Positions 20,154 to 30,014 of a stretch of 64,000 nucleotides of DNA are shown one piece after another. The translations under genes were made by a program, and so were the position numbers. Each line of letters starts with the position of its first letter. Position 1 is the stretch's first letter. Source of the stretch: Candidatus Falkowbacteria bacterium (GTDB lineage Bacteria; Patescibacteriota; Patescibacteriia; CAIXNZ01); contig CAVZGV010000003.1 in NCBI GenBank assembly GCA_963774955.1, positions 469,695 to 533,694 of the forward strand, in the 5' to 3' direction. The notes under the pieces are model-generated. The model did no database searches, had not been told where the DNA came from, and was given only the letters and a program-made list of their open reading frames with translations.

Positions 20154-20390
20154 ATGTTTAAAAAAGAACAGTCAAAGAAAATAAGCTGGCTGCAATTGGT
20201 AATTGTTTTTATTTTAGGCATTTTAATCGCCTCTAATGGCTTTTTATTACGGAATAATCTGGCCCTGAAGCAAGAAGTTGCGAGACTTAAAGCTGATGAT
20301 TTGGCCCTTGCTCAGGTGATTAATAATATTTTGAGCCAGATTAAGCCGGTTCAAAATTTACCGGCTCAGCCTGTGACCCCGCAAAAATAA
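20154..20390 (+). CDS. FtsB/DivIC-like septum formation initiator (TM helix plus coiled coil)
   Basis: 78 aa. N-terminal TM WLQLVIVFILGILIAS followed by a heptad-like LALKQEVARLKADDLALAQ. Confidence 0.4.
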   Translation: MFKKEQSKKISWLQLVIVFILGILIASNGFLLRNNLALKQEVARLKADDLALAQVINNILSQIKPVQNLPAQPVTPQK

Positions 20391-20407
20391 CCGTAAACGA
20401 AACAATA

Positions 20408-20698
20408 ATGGATACTATTAAAAATTTATTATTTAGACGCATCAAGCAATCAGGGCTGGCCAGGCAAGTCGGCTCTGCTTTATTAATTGAGGAGTTTTCC
20501 AAGATAATAACCAGAGAATTCGGTCCGGAAATAGCCAAGAAAGTCAGCCCGCTTTATATCAAGAATTATGTTTTAAACGTGGCCTGTTTGAGCAGTGTCA
20601 TGAGCCAGGAATTAAATTTCAAAAAGCAGCAAATTATTGAGGAACTTAATGCCAAGGCCGGTGCCGAATTTATCAAAAATATCAGGATCGTTTTGTAA
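20408..20698 (+). CDS. DUF721 (DciA-like) protein
   Basis: 96 aa. Matches the DUF721 pattern (LARQVG...LYIKNYVLNVACLSSVMSQELNFKKQQIIEELN). Confidence 0.45.
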   Translation: MDTIKNLLFRRIKQSGLARQVGSALLIEEFSKIITREFGPEIAKKVSPLYIKNYVLNVACLSSVMSQELNFKKQQIIEELNAKAGAEFIKNIRIVL

Positions 20699-20786
20699 TA
20701 ATTTTATCTAAATTTAGCACAAAACTATTTGTTGTCAGAATGAATTTTATATGTTAATATTATTTTATTAATAATTTCATATTTAT

Positions 20787-21179
20787 ATGACTTTACGCAG
20801 CTATATCATCCTCATGCTGATTGCTACCATCGCCTGTTATCTGGCTTTGGCCGCGGTAATTTTATTTTTCGACCCTTTATCAGGCGGGTTATTGGCTTTA
20901 ATCTTTTTTTACCTGAGTTTGTTTTTGGCTCTGCTCGGGACGTTTGCCATTATCGGTCTTATTTTTAGGATATTGTTTACCAGTGATAAATTGATTTTTA
21001 AAAAAGTAACCACCTCTTTTCGACAGGGGATTTGGTTTAGCCTGCTGATTATTGTTTGTCTGTATTTAAACGGCATTAATTTATTGGTTTGGAAATATGT
21101 CGCCTTGTTAATATTGGCTTTAGCCCTGCTGGAGCTATTTTGTATAAGTTATAAGTCAAAACCAAACTTAAAAATATGA
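20787..21179 (+). CDS. small integral membrane protein (4 predicted TM helices), unknown function
   Basis: Hydrophobicity pattern only. Confidence 0.4.
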   Translation: MTLRSYIILMLIATIACYLALAAVILFFDPLSGGLLALIFFYLSLFLALLGTFAIIGLIFRILFTSDKLIFKKVTTSFRQGIWFSLLIIVCLYLNGINLLVWKYVALLILALALLELFCISYKSKPNLKI

Positions 21180-22459
21180 AACAGTCATTTCTGTTTACTA
21201 AAACTTCAAGGGTTATTGCGGCTGAGGAAAAAAGCATTAATGCCCAGTATTTACAGCGCGGCGGATATATTGACCGCTTAATGGCCGGTGTTTATACCTT
21301 ATTGCCCCTGGGACTTTTAGTCTTTAAAAAGATTGAAAATATTATTCGTGAAGAAATGAAGGCTATAGACGGCCAGGAAATTATTATGCCGGCTTTGCAG
21401 CCCAAGGAAAACTGGGAACAGACAGGACGTTGGAGCAGTATGGATGATTTATATAAGCTGACAGATTCACAGAAACATGAATATGTTCTGGGGCCAACTC
21501 ATGAGGAAGTCGTTGTCCCGCTGGTAAAAAAATTCGTTAATTCTTATAAGGATTTGCCGGTTTATGTTTATCAGTTTCAGGATAAATTCCGCATGGAATT
21601 GCGGTCCAAGTCAGGTATATTGAGGGGCCGGGAATTTGTGATGAAGGATTTGTATTCATTTCATTTGGATGAAAAAGATTTGGATGAATATTATGAACAA
21701 GCCAAACAAGCATATTTTAATATTTTTAAACGTTGCGGTATTGGGCCAGAAACATTTTTGACCTTTGCTTCAGGCGGTAGCTTCTCTAAATATTCCCATG
21801 AATTCCAGACAGTTACTGATGCAGGTGAAGACATTATTTATATCTGCCAAAAATGCCAGTTGGCCATAAACAAGGAAATCAAGGGTGAAACTGACCAATG
21901 CCCGGAATGCGGTTCTCAGGATTTTAAAGAAGCCAAAGCAATTGAAGTCGGTAATATTTTTAAGCTTAAAACTAAATATTCAGCTCCTTTTAATCTAAAA
22001 GTAAAGGATCAGGCAGGTATTGATAGGGAAGTAATTATGGGTTGTTATGGCATTGGTTTGGGCAGGTTATTGGGCACGATAGTTGAGATTAGCCATGATG
22101 ACAAGGGAATAATTTGGCCCATGGCCGTAGCTCCTTTTCAGGTGCATTTACTTAGCTTAAAGGCAGAAACTGAACTTGCAAAAAAAGTCGAAGACCTATA
22201 TAATGGCTTAATTAAAGGAGGATTTGAGGTTTTATATGATGATCGTGAGGAAACAGCCGGTGTTAAGCTAAATGACAGCGATTTACTGGGTTTGCCGATC
22301 AGACTGGTTTTAAGCCCCAAGACCCTAGAACAGGATAGCGTGGAAGTCAAAGCCCGTAATTCTGATAAGGTTGAATTGATTAAACTTAAAGAAATTGAAA
22401 AATATCTTAGTAAATTAGTTCCGCGAAGCGGAATGCCGCTACGCGGCATAGATTCGTAG
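21176..22459 (+). CDS. proS: prolyl-tRNA synthetase, compact form without INS editing domain
   Basis: Class II motif 2 REFVMKDLYSFH. ProRS-type N-terminus (FLFTKTS...AGVYTLLPLG). C-terminal anticodon-binding region. Length 427 aa. Confidence 0.8.
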   Translation: MKQSFLFTKTSRVIAAEEKSINAQYLQRGGYIDRLMAGVYTLLPLGLLVFKKIENIIREEMKAIDGQEIIMPALQPKENWEQTGRWSSMDDLYKLTDSQKHEYVLGPTHEEVVVPLVKKFVNSYKDLPVYVYQFQDKFRMELRSKSGILRGREFVMKDLYSFHLDEKDLDEYYEQAKQAYFNIFKRCGIGPETFLTFASGGSFSKYSHEFQTVTDAGEDIIYICQKCQLAINKEIKGETDQCPECGSQDFKEAKAIEVGNIFKLKTKYSAPFNLKVKDQAGIDREVIMGCYGIGLGRLLGTIVEISHDDKGIIWPMAVAPFQVHLLSLKAETELAKKVEDLYNGLIKGGFEVLYDDREETAGVKLNDSDLLGLPIRLVLSPKTLEQDSVEVKARNSDKVELIKLKEIEKYLSKLVPRSGMPLRGIDS

Positions 22460-22463
22460 CAAT

Positions 22464-23516
22464 ATGATTTTTGACCGAATTTTAGGAAAATTTTCCAAGG
22501 ATGTGGGTATTGATTTAGGTACAGCCAATACTCTGGTTTATGTTAAAGACAAAGGCATTGTTATAAATGAACCTTCAGTCGTGGCGATTAATTTAAAAAA
22601 CGGACAGATTTTGGCAGTCGGAGATGAAGCCAGAAAGATGGTTGGTAAGACTCCAAGTTATATTTCCGCGGTCAGACCATTGGTAGACGGCGTAATTTCA
22701 GATTTTGAAGTCACGGAAAAAATGCTTAAATATTTTATTGATAAGATAAATCAAGGGCCTTTTAGCTGGTTATTCCGGCCCAGGGTGGTAATCGGGATAC
22801 CTTTGGATGTGACTGAGGTAGAAAAAAAGGCGGTTGAAGATGCTGCCTTGTCAGCCGGAGCCAGACGAGTTCACTTGATTGAAGAACCTATGGCCGCAGC
22901 GATTGGATGTAGGTTGCCTATCAGTGAAGCAGTCGGTAATATGATTATTGATATTGGCGGAGGTACGACTGAAATTGCGGTCATCTCTTTAGGCGGAATA
23001 GTTACCTGGCGATCGATAAAAATAGCCGGAGATGAGATGAACAAAAATATTGTTCAATATGCCCGAAACAAATTCAATCTTTTATTGGGCGAAAAAGTAG
23101 CTGAGGAAATTAAAATAAAAATTGGTTCAGCCGCTGAACTGAGAGCGCCTTTAGAGGCACAAATGCGCGGCCGTGATTTAATTACAGGTTTACCAAAGGA
23201 AATAATCGTTAATGACGAACAGATCAGGGAAGCCCTAGGTAAATCAGTGCGTTTAATTATTGATAATATTAAAGCGACTTTAGAAGTGACTCCGCCCGAA
23301 TTGGTGGCTGATATTTATGAAAGAGGTATTTTGCTGACAGGTGGCGGAGCTTTGCTCAAAGGTCTGGATCAGGCTATTTCTCATGCTACCCAGATTCCTG
23401 TTTACGTTGCTGATGATCCTTTAACCGCGGTGGTGCGCGGCACCGGTTATTTATTGGATAATATAGAACTGCTAAAAAATGTAGCCGTTTCTTCAACTTC
23501 AGAAGAATCAAGTTAA
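22464..23516 (+). CDS. mreB: rod-shape determining protein MreB
   Basis: DLGTANTLVYVKDKGIVINEPSVVA. Actin-like ATPase motifs (IIDIGGGTTE, LTGGGALL). Confidence 0.9.
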   Translation: MIFDRILGKFSKDVGIDLGTANTLVYVKDKGIVINEPSVVAINLKNGQILAVGDEARKMVGKTPSYISAVRPLVDGVISDFEVTEKMLKYFIDKINQGPFSWLFRPRVVIGIPLDVTEVEKKAVEDAALSAGARRVHLIEEPMAAAIGCRLPISEAVGNMIIDIGGGTTEIAVISLGGIVTWRSIKIAGDEMNKNIVQYARNKFNLLLGEKVAEEIKIKIGSAAELRAPLEAQMRGRDLITGLPKEIIVNDEQIREALGKSVRLIIDNIKATLEVTPPELVADIYERGILLTGGGALLKGLDQAISHATQIPVYVADDPLTAVVRGTGYLLDNIELLKNVAVSSTSEESS

Positions 23517-23522
23517 AAAAAT

Positions 23523-24329
23523 ATGCTAGTTGAACGCAAAAATCGTTTAATTAAATTCTATATAATAGCAGTTATCATACTGCTTATTTTTTTCCATTAT
23601 CTCGGAGTTTTGAGAGTTGTCGAGGATAGTTTTTTTAATGTAATGGGGATAGCTCAGGGCAATACTTTTAATTTTTTAACCAAATTGAAGTATTCGTTCA
23701 TTAATTATCAGGAAGCTCAAAATTTAAAAACAGAAAAGGCGGAACTGCAGCAACAGCTAAATAGATTAAGTTATGATAATAGCCAGCTAAAAGCTTATCA
23801 GCTGGAAAATGAAAAATTGCGAACTATTCTTAATTTCAAGGAAGAGAAGAATTATAATACGATTGTAGCCTCGGTTATCGGTAAAGACACCAATAAGGCC
23901 AATACTTTAATTATTAATAAAGGCTGGCAGGACGGTATCAAAGAAGGCTTTGCCGCAGTGGTTGATCAGGGCGTTATTGTAGGTAAAATAATTGATGTTA
24001 AGGACTATCTTTCTACGGTTTTACTTTTAAATGACAAAATGAGTCAGTTGGCCATTAGCCTGGAATCCAGCAATAAAACCAACGGTTTGGCTGAAGGCGA
24101 ATTCGGTCTTAGCTTGAAAGTAAATTATATTCCTCAAGACATATTAATCACCGAAGGAGATTCTATTATTACTTCCGGTACCGAAGAGAATATTCCCAGG
24201 GGTCTTTTGGTTGGCAAGATTAACCGGATAATCAGCCAAGGCAACGAACTTTTTCAATCAGCTACCATTAACTCCTGGATAGCTTATAATGAAATTTCCA
24301 TCGTCGCTGTTATAATTCCTAATCAATAA
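23523..24329 (+). CDS. mreC: rod-shape determining protein MreC
   Basis: Immediately downstream of mreB. N-terminal TM, a coiled-coil segment and a beta-rich C-terminus. Confidence 0.65.
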   Translation: MLVERKNRLIKFYIIAVIILLIFFHYLGVLRVVEDSFFNVMGIAQGNTFNFLTKLKYSFINYQEAQNLKTEKAELQQQLNRLSYDNSQLKAYQLENEKLRTILNFKEEKNYNTIVASVIGKDTNKANTLIINKGWQDGIKEGFAAVVDQGVIVGKIIDVKDYLSTVLLLNDKMSQLAISLESSNKTNGLAEGEFGLSLKVNYIPQDILITEGDSIITSGTEENIPRGLLVGKINRIISQGNELFQSATINSWIAYNEISIVAVIIPNQ

Positions 24330-24332
24330 AAG

Positions 24333-24857
24333 ATGCTAAAATATTTTTATTGTTTTTTATTGTCATTAGTTTTGGTTTATCTAAGCCAAAGCGTTTTTAC
24401 GGCTTTTATACCGTCAGAAAGACTGAATTTGCTGGTGGTTTTTTTGGTCTTTATTACTTTTGTTTCAGGACTGAATTGGGGTTTTGTTTTTGCTCTTTTT
24501 ATCGGCTTGTTAGTCAATTTTTATTCATACTTACCGTTCCCCAGTTATATTCTCATTTATTTGTTTATTATTTTTATGGTTGATTATTTGCATCAGCAGA
24601 TTTTTATTAATTTTACTTTTGCCACAAATTTTATCCTGATTATATTAAGTACTGCCATGTTTTCGTTATTATTGGCGTTGACTAATTTTATTTTTTATTT
24701 CCTGGGAGTTTCCTTGGTATATATCAGCCTTGATTGGGACTGGCTGGCAAATTTTATCTGGCAGGTTATAAACAATATAATTTTGATGAGCCTGATTTTT
24801 GTTTTAGCCAGGGCCATCTTTAAAAAATTAAATTTAACAATTTTGGTAAAAAGATGA
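24333..24857 (+). CDS. mreD: rod-shape determining protein MreD (polytopic membrane)
   Basis: Position between mreC and PBP2. About 5 TM helices. Its stop overlaps the PBP2 start. Confidence 0.5.
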   Translation: MLKYFYCFLLSLVLVYLSQSVFTAFIPSERLNLLVVFLVFITFVSGLNWGFVFALFIGLLVNFYSYLPFPSYILIYLFIIFMVDYLHQQIFINFTFATNFILIILSTAMFSLLLALTNFIFYFLGVSLVYISLDWDWLANFIWQVINNIILMSLIFVLARAIFKKLNLTILVKR

Positions 24858-26797
24858 GTGAATTAATAATAAAAAGAGAATATCGAGCCAGTACAGAAAT
24901 TGACGATTTTTTATTCTTTGACGATAATCATGGCCGGGAAAACATCGGCCAGACTCAAACCGATGTCACTTTTTTAGGTAAGTATTTGTCTGATAAGAAA
25001 ATTAATTTTTTCCTGCTTATTTTGGGCTTGGGGCTGGGCGTACTTTTAATTAAAAGTTTTTATTTGCAGATTATTAAGGGTGATTATTATAGCTCTATAG
25101 CTGATACTAACCGTACCAGAGAAAAGGCCATATTAGCTGATCGAGGTTTGATTTATGATTCCGAGCGGCGGCAATTAGTAAGAAATTTACCTTTTTTTGA
25201 CGCTTTGGTTATGCCTAAAGATTTCGCCTTAGCAGAAAAAACTCGTCAGGAACAAATAGATTATATTGCCCAAACATTAGATATTAAGGCCGACGATATT
25301 CTTCTGGTCCTGAATAAATACCCCAAGAATTTTAAGTATCTTTTGCCTGTTAAGGAAAATATTGGTTATGAACAGGCAATGCTTCTAATGATAAAAGCTA
25401 ATAATATCCCCGGGCTTTATATTGAAACTAGATATGAACGGCAATATATTTATGGCAATGCGTTTTCACATATTTTGGGTTACGAAGGTAAAATTACCGA
25501 GGCGGGTTTTGCCGCTAAAAGCAGTGAGGGTTATTTGTTAGGTGATTATTTGGGTAAAACAGGCGTGGAAGCTCAGTTTGAATCAGTTTTAAGAGGCAAG
25601 TATGGTAAAGAAGGCGTGGAGGTAGATGTTTCGGGTCAGGAAAAAAAGGTGCTATATTACCAGGAAGCTGAAAACGGTAAAAATTTAATTTTAACTATTG
25701 ATCAGGAAGTTCAAAATAAAGTCAGGGAAATATTACAAAACAGCCTCAAGAAATACGATGCCAATCGCGCCAGCGTGGTCATGATTAATCCGCAAAATGG
25801 ACAAGTCCTTGGTTTAATTTCCTGGCCTGATTACGATAATAATTTATTTTCAGGCGGAATTTCAACTGAAGAGTATAATAATTTAATTAATAATAAGAAT
25901 AACCCTTTATTTGACCGGGCAATTAAGGGTGAATATCCTTCTGGCTCAACCATTAAAATGGCCGTGGCTGCCGGAGCTTTGCAGGATAAGCTGATTACCG
26001 ATAGAACAAGCATAATGAGCAGCGGAGGCCTCTGGGTAGCTGACCGCTGGTTTTTTCCTGACTGGGCAGCCGGAGGGCATGGGGCGACGAATGTCTACCG
26101 GGCAATTGCCTGGTCTGTTAATACCTTTTTTTATACCATTGGCGGCGGTTATAATGATTTTCAGGGCTTAGGACCGGAAGGCTTGGAAAAATATTTTGAG
26201 CTTTTTGGTTTCGGCGCTAAAACCGGTATTGATTTGCCTGGTGAAGCAACTGGCCTGGTTCCTGATCCTTTATGGAAGTTGAAGGAAAAAAATGAACAGT
26301 GGTTTATAGGTGATACTTATCATATTGCTATTGGCCAAGGTGATCTTTTGGTTACGCCGCTACAGATTGCTAATTATACCGCTGCACTTGCTAATGGCGG
26401 CACCTTATATAAGCCTTATTTGGTAAAAGAAATTGATGATAAGATAACGTCCGTTGAGGTCATTCAGCCGCAAATTATAAGAAAGGACTTTATCAGTCCT
26501 GAAAATTTGAAAATAATTAGAAACGCTATGCGCCAGACAGTTACCATAGGTAGTGCTCAGTATTTGAATAATTTAAGTATTGAGGTGGCTGGTAAAACCG
26601 GTACAGCTCAATGGAATACTGAGAAAAAAAATCATGCTTGGTTTACTGGTTTTGCGCCGTTTGAAAATCCCGAGGTGGCGATTACTGTTTTAGTTGAAGA
26701 GGCAGGAGAAGGTAGTGCAGTTGCGGTACCCATTACTTATGATATTTTAAATTGGTATTTTAATGATTATAAAAAATCGTTAAGCGATAATCGTTAA
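24854..26797 (+). CDS. mrdA: penicillin-binding protein 2 (peptidoglycan D,D-transpeptidase)
   Basis: N-terminal TM. SxxK motif (SGSTIKM). KTG motif (GKTGTAQ). Sits in the mreBCD context. Confidence 0.85.
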   Translation: MSELIIKREYRASTEIDDFLFFDDNHGRENIGQTQTDVTFLGKYLSDKKINFFLLILGLGLGVLLIKSFYLQIIKGDYYSSIADTNRTREKAILADRGLIYDSERRQLVRNLPFFDALVMPKDFALAEKTRQEQIDYIAQTLDIKADDILLVLNKYPKNFKYLLPVKENIGYEQAMLLMIKANNIPGLYIETRYERQYIYGNAFSHILGYEGKITEAGFAAKSSEGYLLGDYLGKTGVEAQFESVLRGKYGKEGVEVDVSGQEKKVLYYQEAENGKNLILTIDQEVQNKVREILQNSLKKYDANRASVVMINPQNGQVLGLISWPDYDNNLFSGGISTEEYNNLINNKNNPLFDRAIKGEYPSGSTIKMAVAAGALQDKLITDRTSIMSSGGLWVADRWFFPDWAAGGHGATNVYRAIAWSVNTFFYTIGGGYNDFQGLGPEGLEKYFELFGFGAKTGIDLPGEATGLVPDPLWKLKEKNEQWFIGDTYHIAIGQGDLLVTPLQIANYTAALANGGTLYKPYLVKEIDDKITSVEVIQPQIIRKDFISPENLKIIRNAMRQTVTIGSAQYLNNLSIEVAGKTGTAQWNTEKKNHAWFTGFAPFENPEVAITVLVEEAGEGSAVAVPITYDILNWYFNDYKKSLSDNR

Positions 26798-26907
26798 CCG
26801 ATAATTTGGATCATCTTATCCACTTGACACAAGTAATCGTTTTTGGTATTTTATAAATTATTATATCCAGAAGCTATAAAAAAATTTTTATTTTTAACTT
26901 CAATAAA

Positions 26908-27375
26908 ATGTCAGAAGATAAACAATATTTGACCAAGGAAGGCTTGGAAAAAATTACTGAGGAATTAACCAGATTAAAAACAGTGCGTCGTCGCGAGATT
27001 AGTGAAAAAATCGAAGAAGCCATTAAACTTGGAGATTTATCAGAAAATGCAGAATATCATGAGGCTAAAGATGAACAGGGTATGAATGAAGCAAAAATAC
27101 GTGAACTAGATGATATTCTAAATAATGCTGAAGTTATTGCCAATGCGGCTGGCGCTAAGAAATGCGTTTCAGTCGGTTGTACAATAGAGGTAAAGATTGA
27201 TAGCCTGACTAAAAAATATACGATTGTCGGTCCGAGTGAAGCCAATCCCGCCCAAGGTTTGATATCCAATGAATCACCGATTGGTCAGGCTTTTTTAGGC
27301 AAGAAAATAGGGGAGACAGTGGAAGTTGAAGCACCGGCCGGCACAGTAAAATATAAGATTTTGTCACTTGAATAA
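26908..27375 (+). CDS. greA: transcription elongation factor GreA
   Basis: YLTKEGLEKITEELTRLKTVRRREISEKIEEAIKLGDLSENAEYHEAKDEQ matches the GreA N-terminal coiled coil. FKBP-like C-terminus. Confidence 0.9.
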   Translation: MSEDKQYLTKEGLEKITEELTRLKTVRRREISEKIEEAIKLGDLSENAEYHEAKDEQGMNEAKIRELDDILNNAEVIANAAGAKKCVSVGCTIEVKIDSLTKKYTIVGPSEANPAQGLISNESPIGQAFLGKKIGETVEVEAPAGTVKYKILSLE

Positions 27376-27389
27376 AGATTTGATTTTAA

Positions 27390-27420
27390 AAATCGAGCCA
27401 GTAGATTGGCTCCTTTTTTA
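27390..27420 (+). terminator. intrinsic terminator after greA
   Basis: GAGCCA-gtagat-TGGCTC followed by TTTTTTA. Confidence 0.6.
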
Positions 27421-27523
27421 TTTTGACTTTTATCAGATTTTTAGCTAAAATTAATATATACTAAAAACAACTAAACTAACTTCAGCTTCAGCCTCTGGCT
27501 GATAATTTAACCTTATAAAACCT

Positions 27524-28964
27524 ATGTCACTAGATGAACGCAAAGTCAGAGTGGACAAATTAAATCAAATTAAAGATTCAGGCATAAATCCTTATCCGGC
27601 CAAATTTGATAAAAAAGTCAGCTTACAAAAAGCTTTTGATTCCAAGGAGGGGACTAAGGTAAAAACTGCTGGCCGCTTGATGACCATTCGTGATATGGGT
27701 AAGCTTTGTTTTTGCCATTTAATGGACGAAAGTAAGAAAATGCAGATTGCTTTGCAGGCGGATAAAATAGGCAAGGAGAGTTACGATTGGTTTGTAAAAA
27801 ATATTGACATTGGTGATTTTATCGGTGTAGAAGGCGAGATTTTCAAAACCCATAAAGGTGAGATTTCTATTTTGGTAACAAAATATGAATTATTAGCCAA
27901 AGCGTTGCGACCCTTGCCGGAAAAATGGCATGGCTTAACTGATGAAGAATTAAAACTGCGTAAAAGATATTTGGATTTTATTTCCAATCCTGAACTCAAG
28001 GAATTATTTTACCGCCAAGCAAAGTTCTGGCAGACTATGCGCAATTTTTTGTTAGACGAAGGTTTTCTTAGAGGTTGAAACTCCGGTTTTGGAAACTACT
28101 GCCGGCGGCGCTGATGCTGAACCTTTCGTAACTCATCACAATGCCCTGGATATGGATGTTTACTTAAGAATCACTATGGGTGAATTATGGCAAAAAAGAT
28201 TGATGGTTGCCGGTTTTGAAAAAACATTTGAAATCGGACGTCAATTCCGGAATGAAGGCATGAGCAGGGAACATTTGCAGGATTATACCCAGATGGAATG
28301 TTATATGGCTTATGCTGATTATAAAGATATGATGGCCCTGATAGAAAAAATGTATAAAAAAGTCATTAAAGAAGTTTATAATACCATGGAATTTGAAATT
28401 AATGGCTTTACTGTTGATTTTAATAAGAAATGGGGAACCATTGATTATGTGGAAAAAATCCAGAAAGATTTTGATTTGGATGTAACTAAGGCGACAAAAG
28501 ACGCTATTGTTAAAAAACTTAAAGATTTAAAAGTTGATTTTGCTGCAGATTTATCAAGGGCACGCTTAATTGATATTTTATGGAAACAGGTCAGAAAGAC
28601 AATTGCCGGTCCGGCTTTTTTGGTTAATCACCCAGTTGAGGTTGCACCTTTGGCCAAACGTGATCCCAAAAATCCTGGTCGAGTTCAGGAATTTCAAATA
28701 ATCTTAGCCGGGTCAGAGATGGGCAAAGGCTATAGTGAATTAAATGATCCTGTTGATCAGGCAGAACGCTTTCAGGAACAGGCTCAGATGCGCGCAGCAG
28801 GGGATATGGAGGCGCAAATGCCTGATAATGACTTTGTAGAGGCCTTAGAGTATGGCATGCCGCCTACGGCCGGTTTTGGAGTGTCTGAACGCTTATTTTC
28901 ATTCCTTGAGAATAAAACAATCAGAGAATGCCAGATTTTTCCGTTAATGAAGCCTGAAAAGTAA
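27524..28964 (+). pseudogene. lysS: lysyl-tRNA synthetase (class II) interrupted by a +1 frameshift (1-nt insertion ~28070); possibly a sequencing error
   Basis: ORF 27524..28078 is the LysRS anticodon-binding N-terminus and ends LLDEGFLRG*. The other frame reads ...FLEVETPVLETTAGGADAEPF and continues into ORF 28089..28964, the class II catalytic core (FEIGRQFRNEG). Confidence 0.8.
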
Positions 28965-28989
28965 AGGTTTATAAATTAAATAGAATATT

Positions 28990-29961
28990 ATGTACGAAGC
29001 ACCAAAAGTTCAAAAAATTGAAAAAGAGGCTGACTATGTTTTTGAAAAATTTAAGGCTTTTAAGGCTATTGATTTTAATATTAAAGAATTTCCAGAATTA
29101 CATGAACGCCTGGTGGAACTGGCTAATATGCCTGATTCTCATTTTGAAGATGCGGTTAAAATGGCTGAAGTGGTTGAATTACTTTGGTCTGATATCAATA
29201 AAGAGCCTGACATTGAATCGAAACAGGAGGAATTACTATTGGCCTGCTTATTTCATGATATCGGCAAATCAGGGCCATTAAACGCCAACAGGGAACAGCG
29301 TTTAATGATTGAACAGATTTTCAATCCTGTTTATTTTGATATTAATAATAAGAATTTCAAGAACAATCCTAAATTTTTCGGTAAATCAGTTAAGGAACAA
29401 AAAATGATGATGAAGGACTTGTCGATAAATGAAATTCTTGATATTGAAGATTTTTCTAATAAAGACGCAATTAAAGAATATTTACAAACGCTAGAATTGC
29501 ATATATATGATGAAGAGACGAATCAAATTACTGTTGAGCCCTTGGACTTAAATAATCATTCCATGATTCAGCTGTGGCGCGAGCATGATTATTGGACCTA
29601 TGAGTTATTAGATCACTTTAAAAAGGGAAAGATAACTCGCGAATTAATAATTATTGCCAGCTCTCATCATACCTTGGAAGGTCATGATCCGGCCTTGGTT
29701 GACGGCAATGTCCCAAACGAAGCGATTGCCCTGGAAACCATAGATAAGTATTTGATCATTACTTTGGTGGATAAATATCAGGCCTTTATTGACCGGGAAA
29801 AAGTTGATCATTCGAAGGCGATTGAGATTTTACGCGGCATGGCCAAAGACAGCAAGGATAAGAAAATTATTAATCATCAGGACCGGGTTTACAACCTATT
29901 TATTAAGTATATAGGCATTCTGGAAAAACATCCTGAAATAGCGGAAATTATCGGAAAATAA
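28990..29961 (+). CDS. HD-domain phosphohydrolase family protein
   Basis: LACLFHDIGK (HD motif). Later His/Asp residues (SSHH). Confidence 0.5.
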   Translation: MYEAPKVQKIEKEADYVFEKFKAFKAIDFNIKEFPELHERLVELANMPDSHFEDAVKMAEVVELLWSDINKEPDIESKQEELLLACLFHDIGKSGPLNANREQRLMIEQIFNPVYFDINNKNFKNNPKFFGKSVKEQKMMMKDLSINEILDIEDFSNKDAIKEYLQTLELHIYDEETNQITVEPLDLNNHSMIQLWREHDYWTYELLDHFKKGKITRELIIIASSHHTLEGHDPALVDGNVPNEAIALETIDKYLIITLVDKYQAFIDREKVDHSKAIEILRGMAKDSKDKKIINHQDRVYNLFIKYIGILEKHPEIAEIIGK

Positions 29962-29978
29962 AAAAAATTTTCATAAAG

Positions 29979-30012
29979 AAAACCCTCTCCGAAAAACGGA
30001 GAGGGTTTTGGT
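29979..30012. terminator. bidirectional terminator between convergent HD-domain and amidotransferase genes
   Basis: AAAACCCTCTCCG-aaaaa-CGGAGAGGGTTTT, a 13-bp stem with A/T runs on both sides. Confidence 0.7.
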
Positions 30013-30014
30013 TG